A stretch of DNA of 64,000 nucleotides from Candidatus Acidiferrales bacterium. Its GTDB lineage: Bacteria > Acidobacteriota > Terriglobia > Acidiferrales > UBA7541. How positions within the stretch are numbered: position 1 is the first letter of the stretch; each line of letters opens with the position of its first letter. Below, piece after piece: positions 1 to 11,027 of the stretch. The notes under the pieces are model-generated. The model did no database searches. It had not been told where the DNA came from and saw nothing but the letters and a program-made list of their open reading frames with translations. The DNA is taken from positions 433 through 64,432 of the forward strand of contig JBEKSN010000002.1 in assembly GCA_049517055.1 (NCBI GenBank), written 5' to 3'. The position numbers and the translations under genes are program-made.

Positions 1-139
1 AGAGCCCATCTCATCGTAGAAAGTCCCCCGCAGAATTACACGCAACAATTGCGGCGAATCATACACCTATTTACCTGGCCGCGGCGCTGACACATAATGC
101 GCTATCAAGCATCTCCAACTCCGTGAGGAGGTAAGCTCT

Positions 140-601
140 ATGCTCCCAGGCTTAAAAGCGGCGCTGAATTATCATCCGATCTTCGTTCATTTTCCTATAG
201 CCTTTTGGTTCGCCGCGCTGTTGTTTGAACTGTTGGCTGTTTGGCGCGCGAGTGATGAAATGCAGCGCACTGCGTCCAGGATGCTCTATCTTGGCACGCT
301 GGCAGCGGTTGTGACGGCGTTGACAGGCCTCGCTGCGGAAAACTCCGTGCCTCCGGGAGTTGCCCAGCGCATCGTGGGAATCCACCAGGCATTGATGCTC
401 GTATCGACCAGCCTCGGCCTTGCGCTTTGCATTTTTGCTTTTTCAGTGCGGCAGAACTTTACCGCTCAATTGAGGAAATTTATGCTGCTCGGCCTCAGCA
501 TCCTCGCAGTATTAGTTATTTTCGGAGCCGACCGCGGCGCCCAGCTGGTGTATGAATACGGCTCCGCTGTGAATTGGTCCACCGCCCAGCAGCAAAAATA
601 G
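140..601 (+). CDS. DUF2231-like polytopic membrane protein
   Basis: ATG preceded by a GAGGAGG SD. 153 aa with several hydrophobic spans and an N-terminal HPIFVHFPIAFW motif typical of DUF2231. Confidence 0.6.
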   Translation: MLPGLKAALNYHPIFVHFPIAFWFAALLFELLAVWRASDEMQRTASRMLYLGTLAAVVTALTGLAAENSVPPGVAQRIVGIHQALMLVSTSLGLALCIFAFSVRQNFTAQLRKFMLLGLSILAVLVIFGADRGAQLVYEYGSAVNWSTAQQQK

Positions 602-665
602 CTCTTGGCTCTGGGAGTTCAATTTCCGAGAGTTGGAAAGAAAATTGTAGACGGAGACCGTTGCC

Positions 666-1223
666 ATGAGAAAACCACGAGAATCAAAACGGATGAGCGA
701 TGAAGCGGTGAAGGAGAGAACTGGCAAGACCTGGGCGGAGTGGTTCAAAATCCTCGACCAAGCCGGCGCGAAAAAGTGGCAACACAAGGAAATTTCCGCT
801 TACCTTCGTGACGAGCAAAAAGTAGGGCCTTGGTGGTGCCAGATGGTAGCAGTCGATTACGAACACGAGCGAGGCATCCGCGAGAAATTCCAGAAGTGTG
901 ACGGTGAATTCGCAGCATCCGGAAGCCGAACGCTGGCCGTGCCCATGAACAAGCTTTACGAAGCCTGGTCCGACGAAAAAGTCCGGCGTCGTTGGCTACC
1001 CGACGCAAAAATGGAAATCACGACCGCGACGCTGAACAAGTCGCTTCGGGCAAGATGGGGCGACGGTAAAAGCCGGTTGAGCGTAAATTTCTACGCCAAG
1101 GGATCAGGGAAAAGCCAAGCCGCCGTCGACCACATGAAGTTGGCCAGCTCGGAGGAATGCGCGAAGATGAAATCCTACTGGTTCAATGCGCTGGACCGCT
1201 TGCAAAAAATCCTCGAAGCCTAG
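666..1223 (+). CDS. DUF4287 / SRPBCC (AHSA1-like) domain protein
   Basis: 185-aa ORF. The N-terminal TGKTWAEWFKIL motif resembles DUF4287 and the C-terminal half is SRPBCC-like. The start could instead be the internal ATG at 693. Confidence 0.55.
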   Translation: MRKPRESKRMSDEAVKERTGKTWAEWFKILDQAGAKKWQHKEISAYLRDEQKVGPWWCQMVAVDYEHERGIREKFQKCDGEFAASGSRTLAVPMNKLYEAWSDEKVRRRWLPDAKMEITTATLNKSLRARWGDGKSRLSVNFYAKGSGKSQAAVDHMKLASSEECAKMKSYWFNALDRLQKILEA

Positions 1224-1236
1224 CCCGCGGTCAAAA

Positions 1237-1255
1237 GGCGGGTCTTAGACCCGCC
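1237..1255. terminator. Hairpin between convergent genes (GGCGGGTC-tta-GACCCGCC)
   Basis: Perfect 8-bp GC-rich stem. It is flanked by AAAA on the + strand, which gives a TTTT tail for the minus-strand rpoD transcript. Confidence 0.5.
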
Positions 1256-1284
1256 CCCCATTAAAACGGGAAAATCCACGAGAA

Positions 1285-3060
1285 TTAGTAATCGTTCGCA
1301 GAGCCTTCCAGGAACGCGCGGAGCTTGCGCGAGCGCGACGGGTGCCGCAACTTGCGCAGAGCTTTCGCCTCAATCTGGCGAATGCGCTCGCGAGTGACGG
1401 CGAATGACTGCCCCACTTCTTCCAGCGTATGCTCGCTGCCATCATCCAGACCGAAACGCATCTTGATCACTTTTTCTTCGCGCGGCGTAAGAGTCTTCAG
1501 CACAGAAGACGTCTGCTCCTTCAAGCTCAGGTTGATCACGGCATCCGAGGGCGAAACGACGGCCTTGTCCTCGATGAAATCGCCGAGATGCGAATCTTCC
1601 TCTTCGCCGATAGGAGTTTCGAGCGAAATAGGTTCCTGCGCGATCTTCAAAATCTTGCGCACTTTCGCTACAGGAATATCCATGCGCTTCGCGATTTCTT
1701 CCGAGGTAGGTTCCCGGCCGAGTTCTTGCACCAGCTGCCGCTGCGTGCGGACCAGCTTGTTGATCGTTTCGATCATGTGCACGGGAATGCGGATGGTGCG
1801 CGCTTGATCGGCGATAGCGCGCGTAATGGCTTGGCGGATCCACCACGTCGCGTAGGTGGAAAATTTGTATCCCCGCCGCCACTCGAATTTGTCCACGGCC
1901 TTCATCAAGCCGATGTTGCCTTCCTGTATCAGGTCGAGAAACTGCAAACCGCGGTTCGTGTATTTTTTCGCGATGGAAACCACCAATCGCAAGTTTGCTT
2001 CGATTAATTCTTTTTTCGCTTGTTCCGCTTCCGCTTCGCCCCGAAGAATCACCTGGAGCGCACGCTTCAGCTCGGTGGGACTCACTTCGCTCGCGAGTTC
2101 GATTTCGCCCAGTTCCTGGCGGCGATTCCTCAGGTCCTTGCGCGCTTCCGCCTGCACATCGCCCTTGGAAGCCTCCACTCGGCGCTCGAGTTTGACTGTG
2201 TCGCGTTCGAGAAAATGAACGCGCTCGACCGTCTGCCGAATTTTTTCGATCAGGCGTTTCTTCTCCAGCGGATTAAAATCCAGCTCCCGGAAACGATTCG
2301 ACATCTCTACACGCGTCCGAGCCAGCGTATAGCGCGCTCGAAGGTAGGGGCGCTTCTTCGACCGCGGAATTTTATCCAGCTTGGCAGCCTGCTTGATCGC
2401 CACCAGGTAGAGCTTGGCGACCTTGTCAATCTGCTTAAGCGTCTCTTTTGTCTTCTGCTCGATTTTTTCTTCCGTCAATTCTTCGTCGTCGAATTGAACG
2501 ATTTCCTTGATCGAGCGCGATCCGTTGCGCACGTCTTCGCCAACCTGCAGAAGCTCTTTCAAGATAAGCGGAGCGCGAGTGATCGTTTTAAGCACCAACA
2601 ACTGGCCGCGTTCGATTCGCTTCGCGATTGCCACTTCACCTTCACGCGTCAGCAAGGGCACGGTGCCCATTTCGCGCAGATACATCCGGACAGGGTCGTT
2701 CGTCTTCTCGAGGGTTCCGGGGGTCAGATCCAGCTCGCCGTCTTCGGAAGCCGACGAAGCGGGCTCTTCTTTTACTTCCGCAGTATCGGAAGGATCTGCT
2801 GCTGCCAGCGCAGCTTTCGCACTGGAAAGGTCTTCGTACACATCAATGCCGTAACGCTCGAAAGTAGAGAGCAAATCGTCAATTTCCTCCGAGGAGTGAA
2901 CCTCGGGCGGCAAAATATCGTTCACTTCATCGTAGAGCAAATAACCACGCTCTTTGCCCATCGCGATGAGTTGTCGTACCTGATCGTATTTCTCTTCAAG
3001 AGCTACCGTCACGCTTCCTCCCTCTGCTGAACCGAGCGGCACACGCGGGGCAGTGTCCAA
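1285..3060 (-). CDS. rpoD: RNA polymerase primary sigma factor (sigma-70)
   Basis: 591 aa with an acidic N-terminal region. Conserved region 2 ([17 protein letters not shown]) and region 4 ([30 protein letters not shown]). Confidence 0.95.
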   Translation of the reverse strand: MDTAPRVPLGSAEGGSVTVALEEKYDQVRQLIAMGKERGYLLYDEVNDILPPEVHSSEEIDDLLSTFERYGIDVYEDLSSAKAALAAADPSDTAEVKEEPASSASEDGELDLTPGTLEKTNDPVRMYLREMGTVPLLTREGEVAIAKRIERGQLLVLKTITRAPLILKELLQVGEDVRNGSRSIKEIVQFDDEELTEEKIEQKTKETLKQIDKVAKLYLVAIKQAAKLDKIPRSKKRPYLRARYTLARTRVEMSNRFRELDFNPLEKKRLIEKIRQTVERVHFLERDTVKLERRVEASKGDVQAEARKDLRNRRQELGEIELASEVSPTELKRALQVILRGEAEAEQAKKELIEANLRLVVSIAKKYTNRGLQFLDLIQEGNIGLMKAVDKFEWRRGYKFSTYATWWIRQAITRAIADQARTIRIPVHMIETINKLVRTQRQLVQELGREPTSEEIAKRMDIPVAKVRKILKIAQEPISLETPIGEEEDSHLGDFIEDKAVVSPSDAVINLSLKEQTSSVLKTLTPREEKVIKMRFGLDDGSEHTLEEVGQSFAVTRERIRQIEAKALRKLRHPSRSRKLRAFLEGSANDY

Positions 3061-3285
3061 AGCAAAAAGCGGCCGACACTAGACACCCCGGCACACCTTT
3101 GCGATGTTCACGAATAAACTGTTGTTTTTACGACGATTTGAACTGTTCCTGGCCCCTGCGCCGTACCCACCGAGTCCGCGCCGCTTCTTCCACATCTATA
3201 TGATGCTCGTCGCGCGCTCTTCGTTTCATCCAAAACCCTACGAATATATAACATACACGCCACTGCGGTCAACCAAAGCCGTAAC

Positions 3286-5028
3286 TCATTGGCCTGCCAA
3301 GAGTTTTTGCAGCTCCAGCCGCCGGGTTATGATTCGCCGTAAGTCCTCTGCAGCAGGTTTTGCTTCCAGCTGCTGTTGCAATTCGACGAGTTCCTGCTCC
3401 ACGCGTCTGTTGCGGAGCACGCTCAGGCAGCTTTCCGCTTCGTCCCAGGTGTGCTCCGAGAAAGACTCAAAGAAAATCTCGAACAGCATGCGCCGGTCTC
3501 GTTCGTCAAGAGCTTCGGCGAAAGTGGCCGGATCCGAGCGCTCGCCCCCCTTGGCGATGAGCAAATCGAATATCTTCTCGGTCTCCAGGCCTCGATGCAG
3601 TCCACTGGAAACAATTTCTTGGGCAAGTTTTTCGCGGAAGCCATCCGCTTCCGCCAGCATGTGAATCAAACGGCGTTCAGCGCCCTTGATGCTCGGCCCC
3701 AGCAACTCGGCCTTCGGTTTCACCTCGCTGCGGCGCTCGGTGGCCGCGCGGCGAAGCGCTTCCCGCAAGACAGGCTCGTCCACGTGCAGTTCGGAAGCGA
3801 TGCGCGTGGCCCACTCCGAGCGCAGCAGTCCGTTCGGAAGCCGTTGGATGTATGGCATCAGAAAATTGAGAGCCGCCACCCGTCCGTTCGCGGTAGTGCG
3901 ATCCATCAATCGCGCGCGGCCAATCAGATAGTCCAGGTACGGCGGAGCCTGCGTCAAAAGTTTCTTGTAAGCCTCGGCGCCCTGATCTTTCAGGAATTTG
4001 TCAGGATCGGCGCCCCCCGGAAGCGCAAGCACTCGGACGTCAAACTCTTTCTCGAGCAGAAGGATCAGGGAGCGCTCTGTGGCCGCGTGTCCCGCAGTGT
4101 CCGGATCGTAATTCACGACGACTCGCCGCGTGAAGCGGCCGAGCAATTTTATCTGTGGCTCCGCGAGACTCGTTCCGCAACTGGCGATCACGTTCGCGAT
4201 TCCAGCCCGCGCTACAGCAATAGCATCCATGTACCCCTCGACCAAAATGCCGAAATCATTTTGCCGCAGGGCCTCCTTGGCCCGGTCGAGATGATAAAGA
4301 ACGTTGCTCTTCGAATAGATGGGCGTCTCGGGCGAGTTCAAATACTTGGGCATGTCGTCGCCCATCGCGCGCCCGCCGAACGCAATTACCTTGCCGGCTT
4401 CATTAGCTATGGAAAACATGATGCGGCGGCGAAAACGATCGAAGAAGCGGCCGCTCTGCTCGCGGGAAAGAAGCCCCGATGCTTCGAGCAGCTGTTCCGG
4501 ATATTTCTGCTTCAGAAACCGCAGCAGCGCATCTCCCGAAGACGGCGCATATCCCACCCCGAATTTCATCATCGCTTCGTGATTCAGCCCGCGGTCTTCG
4601 AGATACGCAAATGCGACCCTTCCCTCAGGACTCTCATGCAATTGGCGCGCGAAAAAAGCTGCGCCTTCGCGGTGCATCTCCACCAGCGCACTTCGTTGCT
4701 GGTTTTCGCGGCGCTCTTCTGGCGAACGCTCGCGCGGCTTGGGAATCGTGATTCCGCATTTCTCCGCGACTGTGCGTATCGCTTCCGGAAACGTACACTT
4801 CTCCAGCTCCATCACGAATTTGAAAACATCGCCGCCCGCGCCGCAGCCAAAGCAGTGGTAAATCTGTTTCACGGGATGTACTGCAAACGAAGGCGTCTTT
4901 TCTTGGTGAAACGGACACAGCCCGGTGAAGTTCTGGCCGCTTTTCTTCAGGCGCACGTACTCGCCGATCACGCGGACTACGTCCGCCTGTTGCTTCACCC
5001 GCTCCGCGAATGAACCTGCTTCAGCCAT
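3286..5028 (-). CDS. dnaG: DNA primase
   Basis: 580 aa. Zinc-ribbon CPFHQEKTPSF...CFGCG and a TOPRIM core (EGYMD). Sits in the classic dnaG-rpoD arrangement. Confidence 0.95.
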   Translation of the reverse strand: MAEAGSFAERVKQQADVVRVIGEYVRLKKSGQNFTGLCPFHQEKTPSFAVHPVKQIYHCFGCGAGGDVFKFVMELEKCTFPEAIRTVAEKCGITIPKPRERSPEERRENQQRSALVEMHREGAAFFARQLHESPEGRVAFAYLEDRGLNHEAMMKFGVGYAPSSGDALLRFLKQKYPEQLLEASGLLSREQSGRFFDRFRRRIMFSIANEAGKVIAFGGRAMGDDMPKYLNSPETPIYSKSNVLYHLDRAKEALRQNDFGILVEGYMDAIAVARAGIANVIASCGTSLAEPQIKLLGRFTRRVVVNYDPDTAGHAATERSLILLLEKEFDVRVLALPGGADPDKFLKDQGAEAYKKLLTQAPPYLDYLIGRARLMDRTTANGRVAALNFLMPYIQRLPNGLLRSEWATRIASELHVDEPVLREALRRAATERRSEVKPKAELLGPSIKGAERRLIHMLAEADGFREKLAQEIVSSGLHRGLETEKIFDLLIAKGGERSDPATFAEALDERDRRMLFEIFFESFSEHTWDEAESCLSVLRNRRVEQELVELQQQLEAKPAAEDLRRIITRRLELQKLLAGQ

Positions 5029-5133
5029 CGGGACGTTATTCTAAGCCAATTATCGCACGGGGTGTTCGCGCTGATGTTTTCGCGCGATGTAAAGTTTGAA
5101 GATCTTGGGGCGAGTAACGACTGCCGGCGCGCT

Positions 5134-7551
5134 TCAACTTCGCAGCTCAGCGATGGTAATCGCTGTACCGCCTCGATCTTCCGCCTCATGGCGAACGTTG
5201 TCGACCAGTGGATGGGTGGACAGAAATTCCGCCAAGCCGCGACGTAACGCTCCCGTACCGTGTCCGTGAATGATTCGAATGCTCGGTAAGCTGCCGAGCG
5301 CTGCCTCGTCAAGAAACTTATCTACGCGTCGCGTGGCTTCTTCCACCGTGCAGCCTATGACGTTTATTTCCTCGTTCGCGGGCTCGTCGCTCTGCTGCGC
5401 GTGAACCGTTACGCCGCTTGGACGGGCAGATGCGAGCATATCTGCTTTCGATGGTTTCGCATCAAGAGCGATGCCGATCACATCCGCAAGCGGAACACGC
5501 ATCCGCAGAGGTCCAGCTTCCACTTCCGCCATCTGACCGTCCAGCCGGCGAAATATCAATGGCTGTTTGAATCCTTTCACTACCACGCGCAGCCCGGCAA
5601 TAAGCTGTTCGGGAGCTACAGGCTTTGCTGGAGCCTCCGTTCCAACTCCAAGGTCCGCCTGCGACGAAGCTAAGGTGTCGAGCACGGCCGCATCAGTCTC
5701 CGCGCGCGCTTCCGACGCAAGCTTTCCCATTCGCTTCCCGGATTGTTTTTCGAGTTGTGCTCGCAACGCCCGGTCGTGAATGTCCGCCGTAACACGCGCC
5801 ATTTCGCCTTCGAGCCGTTTCTGCGTTTCTTGAAAATTCTTCTCCAGCTCGGCGATACGTTTTTTCTGCCGGCCAACCCACTCCGTTTTAAGCGAGTTCC
5901 TCTCGACCTCAATTTGTGCAAGCTCCTCGCGCGCCTCGCGTTTGATTGCCTCCATTTCATCGCGGCTGCGATGAAGGTACGCGATCAAATCGCGTGCTTC
6001 ACGCGATTCAGGCGAGAGACTCGCTTTAGCGTGCTCCACTACTCGCATCGGCAGACCGAGCCTTCGCGCGATTTCGATTCCGCTCGACGTTCCCGGCACG
6101 CCGACCAGCAGGCGATATGTAGGCCGCAAGTTGACTTCATCAAACTCCATAGCCGCGTTGACGATTCCCGGCGTGGTCGAAGCGTAGGATTTCAGACGAT
6201 CGTGATGAGTCGTCGCAATCGTCAACGCATGAAGTCTCCGGAACTCTTCCAGCAGCGCCACCGCCAGCGCGGCGCCCTCCTCCGGAGCAGTGCCTGTCCC
6301 CATTTCGTCCACCAGTATCAGCGAACGCTCCGTTGCAGTCTCAAGCATGGATTTCAAGTTGAGCATGTGCGCCGAGAACGTAGAAAGATCCGCCGCAATG
6401 GATTGTTCGTCGCCGATGTCGGCAAGCACATGATCAAAGATCGGCATCTCGGCGCGTTCGGCTGCAACCGGAATACCGGATTGCGCGGAGAGCGCGGCCA
6501 ATCCAACACTCTTCAGCGCAACCGTCTTCCCGCCGGTGTTGGGCCCGCTGATGACCATCACCGTCTCTTCTCCGCCCAGTCCCAGCGACAGCGCAACTGC
6601 TTTGCGTCCCTGTGGCCTGAGCGTGGCTTCGAGCACCGGGTTTCGTGCCGCATCCAGACGCAATAAATTCCCCTTCGTAAATTCAGGCATCACGCAATCG
6701 AGTTCGCGCGCGAAGCGAGCCCGGGCGAAAACCGAATCCAGGTGGGCCAACTGCGCGGCCGCGGCTTCCAACGGCCCGCGCTCTGCACGCACGCGGTTGG
6801 TCAACTCGTCCAGAATCCGCGCAATTTCCGCGACCTCGTCTTCGCTCAATTGAACTAGACGATTATTCAAATCGATGGCTTCCAGCGGCTCAACGAAAAC
6901 TGTCTGACCCGTCGCGCTTGCCCCATGAACCACGCCTGGAACCCCCCGGCGGTCGGCGGCCCGGACCGGGATTACGAAACGTTCGTTGCGAAGTGTAACG
7001 TAATCTTCGCCTGCCGATTCGCCGCGGGAACGAAGAATTCCTTCCAGTGATTTGTGGATTTTAACGCGCGCAGTCGCCATGCTCTCGCGAATGCGTTTCA
7101 GTTGCGGTGAGGCGTCGTCGCTGATCTCTCCATTCGGCAGAACCGCGCGCCTGATCGCCGTCGAAAGATGCCGAAAATCCACCAACGCTGCTGCAAGTTC
7201 CGTAAGCTTGGGATACTTCGCCGCCTCTCCCTTGAACGCTTGCCGCACAGCATGCGCCGTATCCATCAGCGATGCGACGTCCAGAAGCTCTGCGGGAACA
7301 AGAATCGAACCTGGAATAACCAATCGAGCGAGCCATCCTTCGGGATCGGCAAGCGAACCAAAACCAAATTCAGAGCCGGCGCGAAAGTACTCCGCACCTT
7401 CGCGCACCAGCGCAAACTCGGCGTCGAGAGCTTCTGCATCCTGACGCGTCACGAGAGATAGCGTTGCGCGCTTGCCGGGTGCGCACGTGGTGTAACGGCT
7501 GACGATGTTTTTCAGCCGGTCGAATTCCAGAAGCTGTTCCGCCGATCTCAT
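5134..7551 (-). CDS. mutS2: Endonuclease MutS2 (MutS domain V ATPase plus C-terminal Smr)
   Basis: 805 aa. Walker A GPNTGGKT and a C-terminal Smr signature IIHGHGTGALRRGL. Confidence 0.9.
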   Translation of the reverse strand: MRSAEQLLEFDRLKNIVSRYTTCAPGKRATLSLVTRQDAEALDAEFALVREGAEYFRAGSEFGFGSLADPEGWLARLVIPGSILVPAELLDVASLMDTAHAVRQAFKGEAAKYPKLTELAAALVDFRHLSTAIRRAVLPNGEISDDASPQLKRIRESMATARVKIHKSLEGILRSRGESAGEDYVTLRNERFVIPVRAADRRGVPGVVHGASATGQTVFVEPLEAIDLNNRLVQLSEDEVAEIARILDELTNRVRAERGPLEAAAAQLAHLDSVFARARFARELDCVMPEFTKGNLLRLDAARNPVLEATLRPQGRKAVALSLGLGGEETVMVISGPNTGGKTVALKSVGLAALSAQSGIPVAAERAEMPIFDHVLADIGDEQSIAADLSTFSAHMLNLKSMLETATERSLILVDEMGTGTAPEEGAALAVALLEEFRRLHALTIATTHHDRLKSYASTTPGIVNAAMEFDEVNLRPTYRLLVGVPGTSSGIEIARRLGLPMRVVEHAKASLSPESREARDLIAYLHRSRDEMEAIKREAREELAQIEVERNSLKTEWVGRQKKRIAELEKNFQETQKRLEGEMARVTADIHDRALRAQLEKQSGKRMGKLASEARAETDAAVLDTLASSQADLGVGTEAPAKPVAPEQLIAGLRVVVKGFKQPLIFRRLDGQMAEVEAGPLRMRVPLADVIGIALDAKPSKADMLASARPSGVTVHAQQSDEPANEEINVIGCTVEEATRRVDKFLDEAALGSLPSIRIIHGHGTGALRRGLAEFLSTHPLVDNVRHEAEDRGGTAITIAELRS

Positions 7552-9242
7552 TTTCTCTTCTTAGATTGCGGGGAAGCGCCAAGCGTCTCGACCATTGCAA
7601 CGCCAATCGCATCCATCGCGGCTGTGGCGTCGTGTCCGTGTGCCGTACTATTGTTCCCGAAAATCGTAAAGACCAGATGCTCGCCGCGAGCGGTTGTGGC
7701 ATAGCCGGACATTGCTCGCACATGCTCGAGTGCGCCGGTCTTCGCCAATATCCGGCCTGACGCCGCCGTATCCTTCATCCTGTTTTCGAGCGTACCGTCC
7801 ACACCGGCTATCGGAAACGTCGAAATGTAATCCGCTCCCCAGGGCTGTTGCGACACGTAGAGTAGGAGCTGGACGATCGCCCGGGGTGTGACGAGATCGT
7901 CTCGCGAGAGCCCCGACCCGTCTGATAGAACAACGTCCCCATCCGCAATTCCAGCCGTTTTCAGAAAATTCTGCTCCACCCAAATTCCTGCGTCCGTCGA
8001 GCCCACACCCGCTTTTTCCCGCGCCACCGTGCGAAGAAATAATTCCGCATGTAGGTTTTGGCTCACCTTATTCGTCACGCGGATGCTTTCAAGCAGCGGT
8101 GGCGAAATATGCTCGGCCAGCACGAGAGTATTCACTATCTTGGCCATTTCGCCGCTCATTCCGCCGGGATTGAGCGGAATGTCTGCAGGAGGTCGAGTAG
8201 CCAGAGTGAGGGCATCAAACGGTTCAGGTGGCGCTGCATGCTGCACTCGTATTCCGCCAGTCACGTGCACGCCGGCGCTTTCGAGGATCTGCTTAAGCGT
8301 CCGTGCAACAACCTCGGCCGGATCAATCATCGCGAAGTCGAGTTTTATCGGCGCGTGTCCGGCGGGGATCGAGCCGCGCAGCAGAATAAATTTTGGTCCT
8401 GGTTGGCGGACTACTGAAAAAATCGGTTTCCCGCTGCTTGGGCCGGTGCTCAATTCGTGCCCGAAGTCATTCGAAGCAGCCTCCGGTTCGACCATGAGCT
8501 TTGCCGGATCGCCCTCCCGGTCCGCGGGGCTTACTTCAACCGAAAAAGAATTGTCGTTGAACGCAAGCGCGGTGACGGGCGCACCAAATGTAAAATACAA
8601 GTCCCCAACGCTCCAGCCGGCTGGATATGGATCGTAAGGAAAATAACTATCATCCGCGACAATATCTCCGCCCACCTCCTTCAGCCCTTTGGCCACCGCA
8701 CTTTGCACCATTTCAGTTAAGGCCGCTTCCGCAGGACCTTCGTGTTCCACTTTCCCAGCGTAGGGAAATTTTCGATTGGAGAGATCTGGATCACCGCGCC
8801 CCACTAAAAACAGGTCGCCGGCAAGCCGCCCATCGTTTCCGAGCTGGCCGGACGTTTCGAGGGTCGTATGAAAATGAAAATCAGGACCCAGCATTGAGAG
8901 CGCAAGAGTGGAAGTGGCAATCTTCGCGTTTGACGCGGGCGTAAAGAATCTGTCGGCATTCAGATCGTAAAGCGTCTCTCCGCTGTCGCCATCCACTATC
9001 AACACTCCCCAGAAAGCCTTTTGCGCATGAGCTTCAGCCAGGACTGAATCGACGCGCGCGCGAAATCGCGCCACATCTGCTCGTTTGGCTGCTGGTTTTT
9101 TTTTCGCTGAGGCTGCCTTTGGGACATCCTTCGAGTACTGCGCGACGACAGGCGCCGCGAATCCGCTTAGTCCAATCAGAAGTGCTCCAGCAATAAGAAA
9201 ATAGCGGCGTCGAACGCGTGAAAACATGGCGAATTTGATCAT
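7548..9242 (-). CDS. dacB: D-alanyl-D-alanine carboxypeptidase/endopeptidase (PBP4, S13 family)
   Basis: 564 aa with a signal peptide and the SxxK motif PASNAKI. C-terminal KTGAL matches KTG. The stop overlaps the mutS2 start by 4 nt. Confidence 0.85.
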   Translation of the reverse strand: MIKFAMFSRVRRRYFLIAGALLIGLSGFAAPVVAQYSKDVPKAASAKKKPAAKRADVARFRARVDSVLAEAHAQKAFWGVLIVDGDSGETLYDLNADRFFTPASNAKIATSTLALSMLGPDFHFHTTLETSGQLGNDGRLAGDLFLVGRGDPDLSNRKFPYAGKVEHEGPAEAALTEMVQSAVAKGLKEVGGDIVADDSYFPYDPYPAGWSVGDLYFTFGAPVTALAFNDNSFSVEVSPADREGDPAKLMVEPEAASNDFGHELSTGPSSGKPIFSVVRQPGPKFILLRGSIPAGHAPIKLDFAMIDPAEVVARTLKQILESAGVHVTGGIRVQHAAPPEPFDALTLATRPPADIPLNPGGMSGEMAKIVNTLVLAEHISPPLLESIRVTNKVSQNLHAELFLRTVAREKAGVGSTDAGIWVEQNFLKTAGIADGDVVLSDGSGLSRDDLVTPRAIVQLLLYVSQQPWGADYISTFPIAGVDGTLENRMKDTAASGRILAKTGALEHVRAMSGYATTARGEHLVFTIFGNNSTAHGHDATAAMDAIGVAMVETLGASPQSKKRK

Positions 9243-9368
9243 AGCGACTTGTACCGAATTAAAACGGAACTGATTATATTCGAATGTGTGGCTCCCCGCC
9301 TCGCTTGCAGAAAGGTTGCGATTCCAAGGTGAAACTCATATGATAGACGCTCATTAAGGAGGAAATCT

Positions 9369-10088
9369 ATGAAGAGCATTCTATCGGCTCTGCTGATTGC
9401 CGTGCTAATCGGACTGCCCGCAGCCTTTGCCCCCTCTACCGTGAGGGCGGATGATGACACCACAAAAGACGAAGACCGCATTAAGAATGCAGGTCAAGTC
9501 GTAAAAGAGATTATGAATATTCCCGACAACATTCCGCAAAGTCTCATAGATAAAGCGGACTGCGTCATCGTATTTCCTTCGGTACTTAAGGCCGCATTCA
9601 TCGTCGGCGCCAGCTACGGCCGTGGCGTCATGACTTGCCGTCGCGGCGATGATTTCAACGGCCGCTGGGGCGCGCCATCAATGATGGCTCTGGAAGGCGC
9701 CAGTTTCGGCTTTCAGGCTGGGGCACAAGCAACCGATTTCGTGCTTCTGGTTATGAACGAAGATGGCGCTAAAGGCATTCTCGCCAGCAAAGTGAAAATA
9801 GGCGGCGACGCATCCGCAGCCGCCGGCCCCGTTGGACGCAATGCCTCAGCGGAAACGGATGTCACTTTGCGCGCGCAGATTTTGACCTATTCCCGAGCGC
9901 GCGGTCTTTTCGCTGGCGTCTCGCTCGCGGGTTCCACAGTACGCCCGGATAACGACGCGAACGAACGCGTCTATGGAAAGAAGGTTTCGGCCAGGGACAT
10001 CGTCCTTCATGGCGCCGTTCCTCCGCCCCCGTCGGCCGCGCTGCTTCTTTCAACTTTGAGGAAGCATTCACCGAAGCACAGTTCCTAA
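9369..10088 (+). CDS. SYLF (Ysc84-like lipid-binding) domain protein, secreted
   Basis: 239 aa with a signal peptide. Motifs CVIVFPSVLKAAFIVGASYGRGV and GGDASAAAGPVGR are typical of the SYLF/DUF500 family. Confidence 0.8.
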   Translation: MKSILSALLIAVLIGLPAAFAPSTVRADDDTTKDEDRIKNAGQVVKEIMNIPDNIPQSLIDKADCVIVFPSVLKAAFIVGASYGRGVMTCRRGDDFNGRWGAPSMMALEGASFGFQAGAQATDFVLLVMNEDGAKGILASKVKIGGDASAAAGPVGRNASAETDVTLRAQILTYSRARGLFAGVSLAGSTVRPDNDANERVYGKKVSARDIVLHGAVPPPPSAALLLSTLRKHSPKHSS

Positions 10089-10139
10089 TCGAAACGCTAT
10101 TCTAAATTCCCTATATTCGGCTTTGGTTTGGAAGCTGAA

Positions 10140-10172
10140 CGAAGCAGGTTGATGTACAATCGACCTGCTTCG
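10140..10172 (+). terminator. Hairpin after the first SYLF gene (CGAAGCAGGT / ACCTGCTTCG)
   Basis: Perfect 10-bp stem with a 13-nt loop. No clear U-tract. Confidence 0.4.
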
Positions 10173-10252
10173 GAACCTAAGAGGAAATCAGGCTAGGCAA
10201 TACGATTCCGAGCTTCAGCTCCGAATCCATCCTATTCAGGAAAGGTTGAACC

Positions 10253-10933
10253 GTGAAAAAGAGAATGATCGTTTTCGCACTTTGTTTAGCTGTAGCTTCT
10301 CCCATGTTCGCTCAGAAAAAAGAAGAGGAGCGTCTATCTAACTCGGCCACCGTACTGCGGGAGATTCTCGTGGATCAGGGCCTGCCTACCAGCATCGTTG
10401 ACCAAGCCGATTGTATCGTCGTGTTTCCCAGCGTCAAGAAAGTAGCCATCGGCATCGGCGGCAGTTATGGACGCGGCGTACTTGTTTGCCGCAATGGCGC
10501 GAAGATGGATGGTGACTGGGGCGCACCGGCGATGTACCGGCTCGATCAGGCCAGCATTGGCGTGCAACTCGGCTCTACGGCCACTGATTTCGTGCTGGTG
10601 GTCATGAACCACACCGGCGCAGAGCAAATCCTGAATGGGAAGACCAAGCTCGGAGCAAATGCCGCCGCCGCTGCAGGTCCCACGGGCGCTCAAGCTGTCG
10701 GTTACAATGCCGCTTCCATGAAGGTCGACGTCCTCACGTACTCGCGGACCAAGGGACTATTTGCCGGCGTCTCTCTGGAAGGCGCGTCGATGGACTCCGA
10801 TGACGATGCCAACAAGGCTCTGTACGGCAAAGCGATCAGCGCGAAAGACATCGTTGAAGGCGGACAGGCAGTTCTTCCGTCAGCCAAACCGCTGATTGAC
10901 GAGCTCGACAAGATTTCAGGCAATCGCAAGTAG
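10253..10933 (+). CDS. SYLF (Ysc84-like) domain protein, secreted paralog
   Basis: 226 aa with a GTG start and signal peptide. Same motif set as 9369..10088 (CIVVFPSVKKVAIGIGGSYGRGV, GANAAAAAGPTG). Confidence 0.8.
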   Translation: MKKRMIVFALCLAVASPMFAQKKEEERLSNSATVLREILVDQGLPTSIVDQADCIVVFPSVKKVAIGIGGSYGRGVLVCRNGAKMDGDWGAPAMYRLDQASIGVQLGSTATDFVLVVMNHTGAEQILNGKTKLGANAAAAAGPTGAQAVGYNAASMKVDVLTYSRTKGLFAGVSLEGASMDSDDDANKALYGKAISAKDIVEGGQAVLPSAKPLIDELDKISGNRK

Positions 10934-11027
10934 TTTCGAAACGAAACAGGAACACGCAGGTTCAGCCAGGAGGGTCTCTATAAGGACTTGGACCGCCCTT
11001 CTGGGCTGAACCTGCCGCTCTTTATCT

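Noticed and set aside
1-139. Possible minus-strand gene start (ATGAGATGGGCTCT read on the reverse strand) at the left edge
   Set aside because: Only about 8 codons fall inside the window and there is no clear SD, so a call cannot be supported.
2020-3030. 336-aa ORF antisense to rpoD, plus several shorter ones between 1325 and 2867
   Set aside because: The rpoD frame carries unmistakable sigma-70 regions 2-4. The antisense products are low-complexity and lack an SD.
3376-5013. 545-aa ORF on the + strand spanning almost all of dnaG
   Set aside because: It is antisense to a CDS with clear primase motifs. Its product is Arg/Ala/Leu-rich with no recognisable domain. This is a typical shadow ORF in GC-rich DNA.
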